Shown here piece by piece: positions 1 through 14,200 of a stretch of 64,000 nt of DNA. The notes beneath the pieces are model-generated. The model saw only the letters and a program-made list of their open reading frames with translations. It made no database searches and was not told the DNA's origin. Source of the DNA: Octopus sinensis (taxonomy: Eukaryota); contig NC_043012.1 of NCBI RefSeq assembly GCF_006345805.1, forward strand, positions 32,116,001 through 32,180,000, given 5' to 3'. Position 1 is the first letter of the stretch; each line of letters begins with the position of its first letter. The position numbers and the translations under genes are program-made.

Positions 1-19
1 ATATATATTCAGGAGTACA

Positions 20-540
20 TAAGGCGTTTAATGGCATAAGGGCTGTGCTCAAGGGGAGGTTGGACAGGACCACCCGCGCCAACCTCATTAACACTGCAGT
101 TCTGCCTGCAATGTTATATGTTAGTGAAACATGGGCTACCACAAAGAGAGAAGAGCAAAGACTGGTAACGGCTCAAAGAGCCATGGAAAGGTCAATCCTT
201 GATATCTCGTTGAGAGAGCACACCAGTAGCGAGATCATCAGAAAGAAGTCCGGCGTGAGAGATGTCATCGCAGAGTATACACGCAGCAAGTATAGATGGG
301 CTGGACACGTCGCCCGGCTCACCGATAATCGGTGGGCCCACGCAGTTGTCGAGTGGTACCCGCGCGAGCGGAAAAGACCACCCGGAAGACCTCCACGACG
401 GTGGGGTTACGATTTCAGGAGGACGATTGGGATCACGTGGATGAGAAAGGCGCGATCCAGAGAGGAGTGGACAGCGTGCTGTGACCAGCGGTGTCAAATG
501 GACGCCTGACGGACTGGTCGGTCAAGGTGATCAAGGTGAT
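20..540 (+). mobile_element. 3' fragment of an RTE-clade LINE (RT C-terminal region)
   Basis: ORF 45-509 has VLPAMLY.SETW, RWAGHVAR and RPPGRPPRRW motifs. Ends in a short TCAAGGTGA tandem tail at 521-540. Confidence 0.85.
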
Positions 541-606
541 ATATATACACATATATATATATATATATAAACGGCAAAATGTCTGTCTGTGTGTACACAA
601 TGGAGG

Positions 607-925
607 AAGCACTCCGTCGGTTCCGACGACGAGGGTTCTGATTGATCCGATCAACGGAACAGCCTGCTCGTTAAATTAACGTGCAAGTGGCTGAGCACTC
701 CACAGATACGTGTACCCTTAACGTAGTTCTCGGGGATATTCAGCGTGACACAGATAGTGACAAGGCCGGTCCTTTGAAATACAGGTACAACAGAAACAGG
801 AAGTAAGAGTGAGAGAAAGTTGTGGTGAAAGAGTACAGCAGGGATCACCACCATCCCTGCTGGAGCCTCGTGGAGCTTTTAGGTGTTTTCGCTCAATAAA
901 CACTCACAACGCCCGGTCTGGGAAT
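607..925 (-). mobile_element. tRNA-derived SINE (family D), 5'-truncated
   Basis: Reverse complement of the fuller copy at 57997-58368. Confidence 0.8.
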
Positions 926-932
926 GGCACAA

Positions 933-1142
933 TGGTGACACAATGTATACAGGATACTCCCAGTTCAGAACAGTTTGTATTATTCCTATGTTTCAAAATT
1001 TCATATGTCTCCATAGAACAAAGTTCACATCCATCCTTACTATTTGTTCTATGGAGACATATGAAATTTTGAAACATAGGAATAGTACAAACTTATTGAA
1101 TAACCGTTCTGAACTGGGATATCCTGTATACATTGTGCCACC
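933..1142. mobile_element. Fold-back MITE-like element with ~90 bp arms
   Basis: CACAATGTATACAGGATA..CCCAGTTCAGAAC...CTCCATAGAACAAA is mirrored by TTTGTTCTATGGAG...GTTCTGAACTGGGATATCCTGTATACATTGTG. Confidence 0.75.
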
Positions 1143-1540
1143 CGTACTTTTAAGTATTTTAAATAACATTCTGACCATTCCTAAATTTTCAAATCTTAAT
1201 ATTTTGTAACCAAATGAGGAATTAATATACCATACTAGCTTCTATTTAACCTGCATAGATTACTAAGAATTTTCATCATATAAATAAATTTGAATATAGT
1301 GAATTTAGAATTTTTTGATACTCTCCTATATAGGATTGCAAAAAATTCTATATATCTAGGGAAATTATTTGGTTTATCTTGATTACCTCCCTTCCATTAC
1401 TTTTTAATATATCTTATTGACCCCTGATATATGTGCTAAATCGATAAGGTTTTTTACATATATACACACATATACCAATATTCATGTAGCTGATATGTAA
1501 ATATTGGTTTCAAATTTTGGCACAAGGCCAGTAATTTTAG

Positions 1541-1728
1541 GGTACTACTTGAGAACAGTGGTCCCGGTGCGCGCACTCGCATTGTTGTGCACCCGCGCTA
1601 GCTAGTCGTGACTTGTCGATCCTACAACGACTACATAGCAAAGTAAATAAAACACAAAGTAAAGATCGACTAGTCATGACTAGCTAGCGCGAGTGCGCGC
1701 ACCGGGACAGCTGTTCTCAAGTAGTACC
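1541..1728. mobile_element. Merlin-like MITE, 188 bp
   Basis: TIR GGTACTACTTGAGAACAG / CTGTTCTCAAGTAGTACC plus internal inverted arms. Exact 9-bp TSD TAATTTTAG at 1532-1540 and 1729-1737. GG termini with an 8-9 bp TSD fit Merlin. Confidence 0.75.
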
Positions 1729-1763
1729 TAATTTTAGGAGAGAGATATGTCGACCTCAGTATT

Positions 1764-1854
1764 GCGGAGGTAAAGAATACGCACTCCACCCGTTTCGGCG
1801 TCACCCTAATCCTAACCGCCGAAAATGGGTAGTGTGCGTATTCTTTACCTTCGC
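1764..1854. mobile_element. Mini palindromic element, 91 bp, with CCCTAA-like loop
   Basis: GCGGAGGTAAAGAATACGCAC...TTTCGGCG arms mirrored around TCACCCTAATCCTAAC. No clear TSD. Confidence 0.6.
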
Positions 1855-2183
1855 CTCAACTGGTACTTATTTTATTGACCTCGAAAAGAAGAAAGGTAAA
1901 GTCGAGCCTCGGCGGAATTCGAACTCAGATTGTAAAGCACAAATATTAACATTTATTTAACCAGCTAATAGAAAGTAATTGCAGAATTAAAGTAAAAATG
2001 AATATTTCTCATAAGCTGATTTGACAAAAAATTGTTTCAGTTATATTCCATATAATTTATATTATTCACATATAAAATAATAGTTTGTTTTTTTGCTATG
2101 CATTTCAGATTTTTATTTCGAATTCTGAGTTTCTATAAACAATTTCTCTGATTTTGTGCGGTATTGAAATTCTAAATGACAAC

Positions 2184-2221
2184 ATGGCGCTATCCTTGAA
2201 TGATTTAGCTTCGTTGTTAAG
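2184..2221 (+). CDS. CNOT11: CNOT11 coding exon 1 ([13 protein letters not shown])
   Basis: AACATGG start context. Donor AG|GTATTT, phase 2. Resembles human MSLTPKELSSLLS. Confidence 0.85.
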
Positions 2222-5200
2222 GTATTTTTTTGATATACATTTTTTGAAAAATAATTGCTGTAAATAAAATATTAATTTTATCCTTTAATTTATTTAAAAT
2301 TCAACATGGATAATTTGATGTATTCTGTAGAAATGAATATTTCAATATTTTCAACATTTGTCTCTACAAGGCACGTGTTTAATCAATATGAAAGTGTTCG
2401 ATTTCGAAAGCAGAAATTTAGTTGTTTAATACTTTATTTCTTACATCATGTAACAGAAGAGTTTTTAATTATTTATATTGGTTTCTCATCCAGATATACA
2501 ATTTCCTTTCAAAGTTGCATATTGTTTAGCTCCCTGATTCAATATCTTATAATCGAAAGCGTTCCAAGCAGAACCAACTCGTTTTTTATTTACAAGTGTC
2601 ATGTTTCTAATGCTATATTCAATATCTTCTTTTGCAAGATGGTAGGGTGTAATTTAAGGAATATTTTGGTATTATTTCTAGCAAGCCAACGACCATGTAG
2701 CGCCTCTCTTGTTGATATGTCTTCTACAATTGTCCTTTGTTTTTAATAAAGCCACTAGCTTATAAGCTTCCCCTATACGACTCCTATCGCAGTGTGTGTC
2801 AATAAGACTCTGAAGTACAACAATAACAGTACTCTAGAGTCCTGCTATGTCTCACACACTTCTTCTGTCCTTTAATTCTGTTCTCACTCTAACTTCGAAC
2901 ATAGATTGGCAGATGAGACCTTCCCCACTTTTGGTTCCCTCCCTACCCAACTTACTCGAGCCTGGCTTTCAATAATTCCATGTGCAGATCTAGTTATCAC
3001 TGTCCATCGGAGAAAAGGCTGGGAACTTTTCGGTTTGAACGGCAGTTTTTTTTTAATAATTTCCACGTAACTAAACACTTTTAAACTTCGTATACTGGTA
3101 GAATGTGTTTATAAAACATTTTTTTCTCTTGGCTTTATTGAGAAAATTCTATAGTTTGTAAGATATTTGTTGTTTTTTTTCTTCAATTTCTGAAATTTCA
3201 ACCAATCAATGACGTCTATTGAAGTAAAAACATTCTGTGCCGTATGAATATGTCCCTCGTTTAAGAAACAGATTGGGTTTATTTACATTTGTGAAGAAAA
3301 AAAGATACCCTTCTCCCCACTCCTAACCCTAACCCTAAAACAGATTGAAATGCAATAGATCGATACTAGGGTCATAATTATTGGTGACAATTTCATATGA
3401 CACCGCTAGAAAAAACTGCTGTTCAAACCGAAAAGATCCAAAGGCTGTACTAGCTGTTGTACTACTCCTCTGTAAATGCACTTAGACATGCATATTCATG
3501 CAAGCACTCAAATGTATAATATAAATTTTAAAGATATTAATAGTGACCTTGTGTGACTAAAGACATCTCACTCTATCTGCAATCTGCAGTAATGTGTAAA
3601 GCTGCTGTAAAACAAGTACTAACTATAAGATAAACCTCCGATGGTGCAGTGGGGTATCTCATACCCCAGGTGATGTTTGTATATGTGTATCTTACATTTG
3701 GCAGCAGTAATATTGTAATATTAAGAACACATAAAGTAATAAAAAATACTGAAAACAGCTAAAACAATGAGTGGGGTTTTTCATACCCTACTGCACTAAC
3801 CATGAAAAGTACAGAACCGCAACAGCGGAGGGTTAACCAATTTGACTTGAAGAAAAAAGCTGTTGGGATTATAATAGTTCAGGAAACTCAATCTGTTAAA
3901 TATTATCCGTCAGCAGAGAAAGTATGCAACAACAGTGCTTTTCAAAATTAGATATCCTAACTGTGTTGTCACTTCTATAGGGAACTATGTTGTACAAGGT
4001 TTAGCAACTTCCTGCTTGCATATGTCCACTCTTTGCCTGGAGTCAAGACCTGCACTCTGTATAAAAACTTGCTGCAATCAAACAGAAACTTCACTGGGAA
4101 CAATCTCTGACAAAGTTAGCCAAGCTTTCTAGAAACAAATGTGTAACCCTTTAGCATTCAGATTACTCTGTCAAACATAATGCTTATTTATTCAAATTGG
4201 TTTGACTTGTACATTATTTTGTAGATTTGAGATTTTAGTGATGTGCTTGTTTATTATTAGAATGACATTGTAGAGTAGGTGTGAGAGGCTGGATTTGGCT
4301 GGTTTGATTATAAAACAGGATATTGGCCAGATATGGCTGGTTTACATGCAGCATCTGTTGCTTGCTCCAATTCAATTACAGTAAACAAGTGATTAATTTA
4401 TTGAATTTTTCTACAGCTGATGCCCTTCCTAACGCCAACCACTCCGAGAGTGTAGTGGGTGGTTTTACGTGCCACCGGCATGAGAGCCAGTTTGTTGGAA
4501 CTGGCAGTGGCCATGCCCAAATGGTGCTTTTTATGTGCCACCTGCACAGGAGCCAGTCCAGCAGCACTGGTGACGACCTTACTCGAATGTTTCACATGCC
4601 ACCGGCATAAGTGCTAGTAAGGTGACACGGTAACGATCTCACTCGTATGGTACTCTTAGCGCTCCATTAGCAACGGATGCCAGTCACCGAGTTTGATTTC
4701 GACTTCGATTTCACTTGCCTCTACCATATTTGTGGTAAGAAATAAGCAAAGCAAAATGTAGCAGAAACTTCTATGATGACCCTACCAGACTTAAGTAAAT
4801 GACAGTCTATTATGTTCCCTTTCTTCCAAAAATTAGCCATAATAATTCCATGAATGCAGCATTTTTTTTTTATAAGGAGCAATTTTTAAAACATTTTACA
4901 GCTTGTATGCGTATACAACTCAGTTTATGATTTGCAGCATCAGCACAAAGAAGATTTGGCAAAATTTGAACTCAGAATATTAAGGGTAGTGTTTAAATAT
5001 TGAAAAGCATTTTGTCTTGCACTCTACCGATTCTGCTTCTGAAAATATTTGAATGAAGATGAAGAAATCAAAACTTCAATGTGACATCTATGTTATATGT
5101 CCACAAGTTTTTGTGGTGGATCAGAAGAAAGATAAGTCTTTAAGCCACCTGTTGATCACATTTGCTGAAATATACCACACCATATTTGTGGTAAATAGTA

Positions 5201-8200
5201 TCAAAATTATATACAGTATATAGAATATCACACTTTTGTGGTTGTTTCATTGTAATATCTTTATACAAAGTGAGAATCCCTTTGTTACCATCAGAATGAC
5301 TAATAGCCTAAATTTGTTGTACACATTACTGAGTATGCCAGCATGTACATATAAATAAGGTGCTAGCTGTTTATAAATGTTTGTTTTAATGCTTACAGAC
5401 TTCTAACTATTTTACATTGAAACAATGGCTATTTGTGAGAAAATCTTATGATTCACTTTGCTCCAATTTATATTTTATCTTTTAGCCTTTTTGTGATCAT
5501 ATGAACTACAGCTTTTTCTGGTTTAATTAACTTTGAAAATAATTATTTGGAGAGCTTTAACTTAAACTAATAACCTTCCCATTATTAACCCTTTAGTGTT
5601 CGCATTATTCTGCCAAAATTAATGCTTTTTTATCCACATTGTTTTGAACTAATCGTGCATTATCTTGTAGTTATGAGATTTTGATGAGGTAGCTGTTAAT
5701 TTTTAAAATGATATTGTAGGGTTGGTGTGAGAGACCAGATCTGGCCAGTTTGAACATAAAACAGGCAGAATACTTTTGGCCAGGTATGGCCGATTTAAAT
5801 GCTAAAGGGTTAAGCTGGTATAAGGAATATATCTTCATAGAAAGTTATTACAGAAAATTGTAATAGCGGCTTCTGAATTAATTACAAACACCTTAAAATG
5901 AGAGATATTATATCAAGGAACCAAAGTTATCTGAAGCTGGTTGGTTTTGAAAGAATTAAACAAACATTTGCAACAAATTGCTATTAGATTCCTAGTAAAC
6001 TGTATTTTAAATATATATAAAAAAACTTTTATTCCTTTATCTATTTTCATTTTAGTGTTTTATCAGAAGACTCTACCAAGTCACAGACATTTGATATTTT
6101 AGCATCAACATTTCATCATTATTTTCAAAAAGCTGATCACTTCAAAGTTGGAATGGCCTTGGTAAGTAAAGGTTGCAAAAGAAATTTCTGGAATTACAAA
6201 TAAGCAGAAATGGGAGAAGTTAATTCAGTTCATAAAGTAAAATGTATTTATGCTTTCTTGATATCATCATCATTAGCAGCAGCATTTAACGTCTGTTTTC
6301 TATGCTGGCATGGGTTATATGGTTTGACCAGAGCTGGAGAGCTGTACCAGACTCCTATTGTCTGCTTTGGTTTGGTTTTTATAGCTTGATGCCCTTCCTA
6401 ATGCCGTACTGGGTGTTTTTTACATGTCAGCAGCACAGTTCTTTTTATGTATCATGGGCATATTTTTGGTAAATGTTCGACCGGGATCTGGGAAGCCAGG
6501 AGGCTGCACCAGGCCCAGTCTGATCTGGCAGTGTTTCTACAGCTGGGTGCCCTTCCTAACACATCGAGCTGTAGAAACACTGCCAGATCAGACAGCCTGC
6601 TGCAGTCTCCTGGCTTCCCAGACCTTGGTCAAACCATCCAACCCATGCTAGAATGGAAAGCGGACGTTAAACGATGATGATAAGGATGTGTATATTTGAG
6701 TAGTTAAATAAATTCTGCCTTTCTGAATACTTAGCAATCTGATAACATAGAATTGACTGTTTGAAAGTGTAATTTAAATTGTATTCATTTACATGAATGA
6801 GGGTTTTGCTATATGTATTGCTTTCGGTAACAAGCAATAAATTCTACTTTGTTTTATTTATGCCCCTTGAAAAGTGATGGTACACGACCTAGCAACCATA
6901 TGGTTCTAGGTTCAGTCCCACTGCATGGCACCTTGGGCTGCTCAAAGCCTTGTTAGTGGATTTGGTAGACAGAAACTGAAGGAAGCCCTTTGTATATATA
7001 TATATATATCTGTGTTTGTTCCCTCATCACTGCTTGACAAACAGTGTTGGTGTGTTTATGTCCCCATACTTATCAGTTCGGCAAAAGAGACCAATAGAAT
7101 AAGTACTAGGCTTATGAAAAAGGCACTGGGGTTGATTTGTTTGATTAAAAACCCTTCAAGATGATGCTTCAGCATCACCACAGTCAGTCAAATAAAAAGA
7201 TGAATATTTCTTGCTTATTTACTGCTTGTTATCTTGTATATATATATATACACAGATTTGAAAAGATATTTTAATTATATTAGAGAATGGAATTATCTGT
7301 AGGCAATTTTCTGGAATTAAAAAATTATTAATAAGAAAAATATTCATTTAACCCTTTCGTTACTATATTTCTGACCAAAATACACCCCTTATGTGTTTCA
7401 ATTAATTTCTAACGTAATCATAAATTTAGTCTGGTTTCATTAAACAACTAAAACTTTTTTATTTATCAATATATTAACATGAATTTTGGAAGATAATTTA
7501 ATGAAATGTTCTCAACCAATTCTATACTATAATTTTTGTCACAAAGTGACTCTAATTGCAGGTTGATACAGGTAAATTCAACAATATATAAAATTATTAA
7601 AATTTTGTTCAAACATCGCTATAGAAAATGGGTTATTAGCTAATATTCAATTGGGTATACAACAAAATTTTACGATAGAATTTGTTATTCTGGGTAACTT
7701 TCTGATACCCATAATAATATTTATGGCAAAATAGGCCTTAATTTTATTTAAGGTTATGGGAAACCACTAACTATCCTTTCTTTCGCTTTGTTTACGTTTA
7801 GCGTAACAGTTCGTTTCCGCCGTAATGATTTCAAATAGGCTCATTCGAAAAAGTAAAAAGAAATAGTTTAAGGCTTTACTCTTCTGGGAAAGTCTGTGGC
7901 TTGGTCCAGTTTCTTCAGAAAAATCACCGAAAGAAACAGTTTTAAAATTTTCACTCCATTCAGGTGCCAATTCATTTTCTTTATCGCTGTCGGAGCTCTC
8001 AGATTCACTGTTTTCACTTTCGGAAAATGAAACATCAGATTCATTATCAAATACCACATACTTTTTTTTTTTCAGTCATAGAGTTAGATTTATGAAGGTC
8101 TTCAGTAGAAAATCCTTCGAATTCTGACTCGCTGCTTGATATAATGAAATTCGTATCCATTTTTTGTCAGAATTACAAATTTTGAAAACACAATAGGAAC

Positions 8201-11200
8201 AAATTTCTGAAAAAAATCTCCCATAATTCACGGAATTAAAATTACACTTCGATTTTTGTACAAAACTGTAGTTGAACTGTTTACGAAGTATAATACGTGT
8301 TTTCACGAATGTACTAAAGAGATTTGCTCTGATATTCTCATTTAAATATGAATAGGTAAATTCGGGCGGTTTGGTCACATTAACCAAAATTTTCTTCGGG
8401 CGGTTTCGGCCGGTTTGGTAACGAAAGGGTTAAAATGGTTCTGAAAATTATCATTTTGTTTTTATTTGTTTTAGGGTTGAGCATTAGAGCTTCTCATTAT
8501 GTGAACAAATTTTATTTTCAGGTGTTGCTCCTACAAAATAGAGACCTACTTCCAAACCCCACACAGAAACTAGCTGCAATATTTCTTCTATATGAAATGT
8601 ACAGAAATGAGCCAGCAGCTAATAATCCTTTTGCACCAGTTTTTGTCCATCTTCTGGTAAATTCTTTTTTTTTTCTAGTGCAATAACAGTTCTTTGTAAG
8701 CTTTCATTTAGTTTTGCATTCATGTTTCTAAATACGCATTTAACTTAATATGCTAGCATGGAAGATAGCCACTACTTGATAATGATCGTAATATGCTCTT
8801 ATATTCTCTCCAGAAAGCAACACCTGAAAACCAAGATGTTGGACAAAATGATCTTCATTGGGCAATCTCTCCAATTTCTGCTTCAGAACGATATTTCCTT
8901 TGCCAGCTCATAAGCAGCCCTGTTAAAGAGGTAAAATATCATTTATTTATGTTACTTGTTGTCACAGCAATGATTGTATTCTTACGTTGGACAAGAAAAG
9001 GATCTTTTCGGTTTGAACGGCAGTTTTTAACATAATTTCTAGGTAACTAAAAAATTTTAAACTTCATATACTGGTAGAATGTGTTTATAAAACATCTCTT
9101 TCTCTTGGCTTTATTGAGAAAATTCTATAGTTTGTAAGATATTTGTTGTTTTTTTTCTTCAATTTTTGCAATTTCAACCAATCACTGACATCCATTGTGG
9201 TAAACAACATTCTGTGCCGTATGAATATGTCCCTCGTTTAAGAAACAGATTGGGTTTATTTACATTTGTGAAGAAAAAAAGATATCCTCCACCCCCCCCC
9301 TAACCCTAAAACAGATTGAAATGCAATAGATCGATACTAGGGTCGTAATTATGGGTGACAATTTCATATGACACTGCTAGAAAAAACTGCCGTTCAAACT
9401 GAAAAGATCCCAAGAAAACAATAAACCGTAATTCCACCAGTTCTTATGGTCATGCTTTCACTCAGCCATAAATATAGTTCCAACATGCATATGGGCATCA
9501 GTTCACTCATCTCTGCCACTCAGCTATAATTTGTAGTTTTATGGCAATATATAAAATCATTATTTTTCGCTATTGCTATGTTTCACAGATTTTAAAACAA
9601 ATAAACTTGTACATTAGAAATTAATTATCAACTGTATTATTTTAAGTAATTATTATCATTTCTCTATTAAGATGCAAAGAAGTGAATAATTAACTGAGTG
9701 TGCATTTATTTAGTTGGCAATTAAACAGCAACCCTATCCGTTTCAACAAACCATCCAACCCATGCCAGCGTAGATAACAGATGTTAAATGATTATGATGA
9801 AGGTTTGAAGGAGAAAAATTTTGAAGAAGCAAATTTTAATATTCGCATTTATGTTTTCTTTGTGTTCTTTTTCTTCTTTTGTTAAATATTGTTTCCAGAA
9901 GAATATCTATTTAAATGTCTCTTACAGATGTTTAAGAAAACTCCTTTACAAGTTATTCAAATGGATGTCAATAATGCCCAGGTTAGTAAAATTTTGTTGC
10001 AGTTTCTAAAATACATTAGCATGGTCATGTTTATTTTTAAGAAAATTTAATGCTCTCACTAAACCTTTTTTTTTTTAATATTCTTCCTGAAAAGGCATGG
10101 TTAGAGCATCAGGCTCACAATCATGAGGTAGTAAGTTCGATTCCTGGACTGGGCTTTGTGTTATGTTCTTGAGCAAGACACTTTATTTCATGTTGCTCCA
10201 GTTCATTCAGCTGTAGAAATGAGTTGCAATGTCACTGGTGTCAAGCTGTATCAGCCCCTTTCCCTTGGATAACATTCTGTGCCGGTGGCACATAAAAAGC
10301 ACCAACCAATCGTGGCCATTGCCAGCCTACTCTGGCACCTAAAAAGCACCATTCGTACGTGGCTGATGCCAGTGCCGCTTTGACTGGCACGTAAAAAGCA
10401 TCAACCAATCATGGCTGTTGCTAGCCTCCTCCCCTGGCACCTGTGCCGGTGGCACATAAAAAGCACCATCCATACGTGGTCGATGCCAGCGCTGCCTTGA
10501 CTGGCTTCCGTGCCTGTGGCATGTAAAAAGTACCAACCGATCGTGGCTGTTGCCAGCCTCCCCTGGCACGTAAAAAGCACCCACTACACTCATGGAGTGG
10601 TTGGCATTAGGAAGGACATCCAGCTGTAGAAACACTGCCAGATCAGACTGGTGCCTGGTGCAGCCTCCTGGCTTCCCAGACCCTGGTCGAACCGTCCAAC
10701 CCATGCTAGCATGGAAAACAGACGTTAAACGATGATGATGATGATGATGAACATTGGTGGTATGGAGAGGGAGACTGGTATGCATGAGCAACTGCTGATC
10801 TTCTATAAATAACCTTGCCCAGACTTGTGCCTCGAGGGGAACTTTCTAGGTGCAATTCCATGATCATTCATGACCAAAGGAGGTCTTTACACTTTAATAT
10901 CTTCCTAAATGTAAGACAGCAAACTAGCAGAATCATTAGCACTACAAGCAAGATACCTAGTGGCATATCATCCATCTGATTTCAAATTCTGTTGAGGTTG
11001 ACTTTGCCTTTCATCCTTTTGGGGTCAATAAAATAAGTACCAGTTGAGCACTGGGGTCAATTTAATCTCCCAAAACTGCTGGCCTTGTGCTAAAATTTGA
11101 AACCAATATTCTTCCTAAGTGTTCTTGATTTTTATAATGAAGAAGCCTCTGCAGCCATCATTGTAAGATAATCTGCCACTGTCACTGAGTAATTTACCAT

Positions 11201-14200
11201 TGCCAGTACCGCCAGACTGGCCCCGTGCCGGTGGCACGTAAAATGCACCCACTACACTCTCAGAGTGGTTGGCGTTAGGAAGGTGCATCCAGCTGTAGAA
11301 ACTCTGTCAGATCAAGATTGAAGCCTGGTGCAGCCATCTGGTTCGCCAGCCCTCAGTCATTCGTCCAACCCATGCTAGCATGGAAAGCGGACGTTAAACG
11401 ATGATGATGATGATGTTGAGCTGTGGGTTTCGTGCATTGTTAGAGAAGTATTAGTAATTATGATTATCAGAAGGGCTGCTGTTAAGCTCCTGACCAGCTC
11501 TGATAATAGAGACCTACTATAAAAAAGCATTCCAACCAGGACCATCCTATCATTTTTAGAGATGTTTAGGAATATATAATCCTATGTGTCCTTCCTTTTT
11601 GCAAGATGATAAGTGATGTGAGAGATTTGAGATTTAGCAGTTACTTCTCTCAGACTGAGCAATGATATAGAGACCTTCTCTCTTACTGGCTCAGAGCAAA
11701 ACTGTTTAAATTGATTAGTTCAAGCAATGACACCTATTTCCTCTTGTGTCAGTTGAACACTCTTTTAGCCAACACTAGTTTTGACTAATATTTGTTGTTG
11801 ATGAAGCAGACCTATGAACAAAACTATTCCAGTTGTAACCATCTCGTCCTTTTGTATATCAAACACTACATTGACCAATATGTCCTTCTGTGTTTAAAAA
11901 GGTAGGAAGATTTGGCTTCTGCTTCTAGTGAATCAAGTGACTGCATAAAAGCTTTCTCATTGCCTAAGAACTTAACATTTGTTGTTGTTTTTGTCAGCAA
12001 TGCTATCCTCATCATCGTCATCATCGTTGTTGCTGCTGTAAAATGTTGATAAAGTTTATTAAAACATTTAGTCTTTACTTGGATTAAGCTGCTATGTTTA
12101 GCCTCTGGTCAACCTTCATCAAGCAGACCTATATTTTTTTTTTTTTTACATTTATGTGAACAATAGTTCCATTAGTTTCCCCTACACTCATTATTCACCA
12201 ACTACACACGCCAGGTTCATTTCAAACCATGACTTCAACATATAATATTTGGGATCTTTTTGGTTTGAACGGCAGTTTTTTCTAGCGGTGTCATGAAATT
12301 GTCACCCATAATTATGACCCTAGTATCGATCTATTGCATTTCAATCTGTTTTAGGGTTAGGGGTGGGGTGAAGGGTATCTTTTTTTCTTCACAAATGTAA
12401 ACATATTCAACCAGTATACGAAGTTTAAAATTTTTTAGTTACCTAGAAATTATGTTAAAAACTGCCGTTCAAACCGAAAAGATCCAATATTTGTGTTATT
12501 TTATGTCCACTTATACCTTATAATATCTGGTATACCTTGTTTTAGAATGCATACCAGTAATTAATTACTTAGAACTGTAGCTAATTATTTCCTCCATCTT
12601 TATAGACAATGGACATAACTTCTCTACAAATCACTCTGGCCGAAAAACAATCTGAATTACCCGCAATCAGTAAATCTTCTATGCCATCAATTGTTCCGGA
12701 TCCTGATAACAAACCAACTAGGTAAGTGTATTTTTTTGCTTTAGAGAGAATGTTAGAAGGGTGTAGGTAGGAATAATTGATATTCTAAAGGTGCTAGTTT
12801 GAAGAGGAGGCAGTAAATGGAAACACTACGTCCACGACCAAGTGTTGCAGTGAGCAGATATGTAAACAGTAGTATGTAGTCACTATATGGATGACAAAAG
12901 GATGAGATACAAGTGAGATAAAAAATAATAATAATACTGAAATTATTGTATACAGTGCTCAGGTGCACCACAACTTGTCAAAAGTGCATATAAAGCATAT
13001 GCAGTAATGTACAAATGTCTGGGAAGTGAACAGTGTATGAGTCAGATACATGCTTGTGTGTGTATGGAAGGGAGAAAATCAGGTGTAGTGTTGGCGAATC
13101 TCAGGAAGCATGGAAGTTTTGAAGGATGCAGTGCTCCGACAACTAACAACTGATGCCGGTAGTTTGTTCCATGCTTCAGCAACTCTTAGTGTGAAAAAAT
13201 GTTTCTGAAAGTCATGGGAGCTGTGCTGTTTTCTGACTTTGTAAACATGTCCACGGGTGTTAGACAGGTGTGCTCCTGTATGAAAATGGAACAAATCCAG
13301 GCAGCTCTAAGGAGCAGAAGGTATTATGGTAGTAGTTGGAAGGCAAAGTGAAAAGACTGCAACTCTGTGTCAGTAGATGGTCTTTTTTCACGATACAGTC
13401 TAAGCTGTTGTTTTCAGCTGCAGAATCATTCCAGATTTCATTGCGGATCTCTCTTAAATCTGTCTTTCCCTCTCTCACACACACATGCACGCACTTATAC
13501 ACAGGGTGTCCAGGCTAAATTTGACAGTTTGCATGAAATGAAAAGAAAACCAGTATCCCATCCCAAAATGAAAGTATTTTAAGAAATTAAAAAGTATCAA
13601 CTAGATTATGGGTGGGAGATAATAGTCTACTCAAAGTTGCTGCTCTCGGCTTGCACCATGGACTCATACAGCTATGGAACCTAGTGCATGCATTCCTCAC
13701 CGTCCCTGCGAAGATCTTCAAACACTTCCTTGACCTTGACCACCCTCTGAAACTTGGTGTTGGTATGCCCCACTCATAATAATCCATGGAATTATTATTG
13801 GGAAAATTAAGAGGCCAGAAATTCTCCCACAGCTACTTCTGACTTTCTCTGGAAGTATGCCAAAGAGTCAAATCCTGCTAACACACATGGCATTTCCAGC
13901 AGTAACCCTCTCCAGCCAGGGTTTGACTATAGTCTCCTACAGCTTCACATAGCCATCTCAGTGGAGCCAATGGCCCTGATGTCATCTCCTCTGAAGACAC
14001 ACCCACAGATAGTGTGAGAGACCTTGGTTTTTGTAACGTCCATGTCATGTCTCATAACCATTACAATGTTCACAAAGCATTGAACAGCAGTGATTATGTC
14101 AGCAACTTGATCCCTGGTGCAAGCCATCATGATGCGGATAACTCTTTTCCAATATGCAGATTGGTTTCCAATCCTCTGTGTCCACCTAGCTTTTTTCTCA

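Larger units (their letters stand above)
1502..1930 (-). mobile_element. SINE (family B variant) carrying two nested MITEs
   Basis: The pieces flanking the MITEs rejoin into the reverse complement of the SINE at 10975-11110. Confidence 0.7.

Noticed and set aside
2306-2746. 146-aa plus ORF in intron 1
   Set aside because: Low-complexity F/I/S-rich translation of AT-rich DNA with no recognisable motif or splice support.
8435-8521. Longer N-terminal extension of the exon 3 ORF (MVLKIIIL...)
   Set aside because: Intronic read-through; homology and the acceptor place the exon start at 8522.
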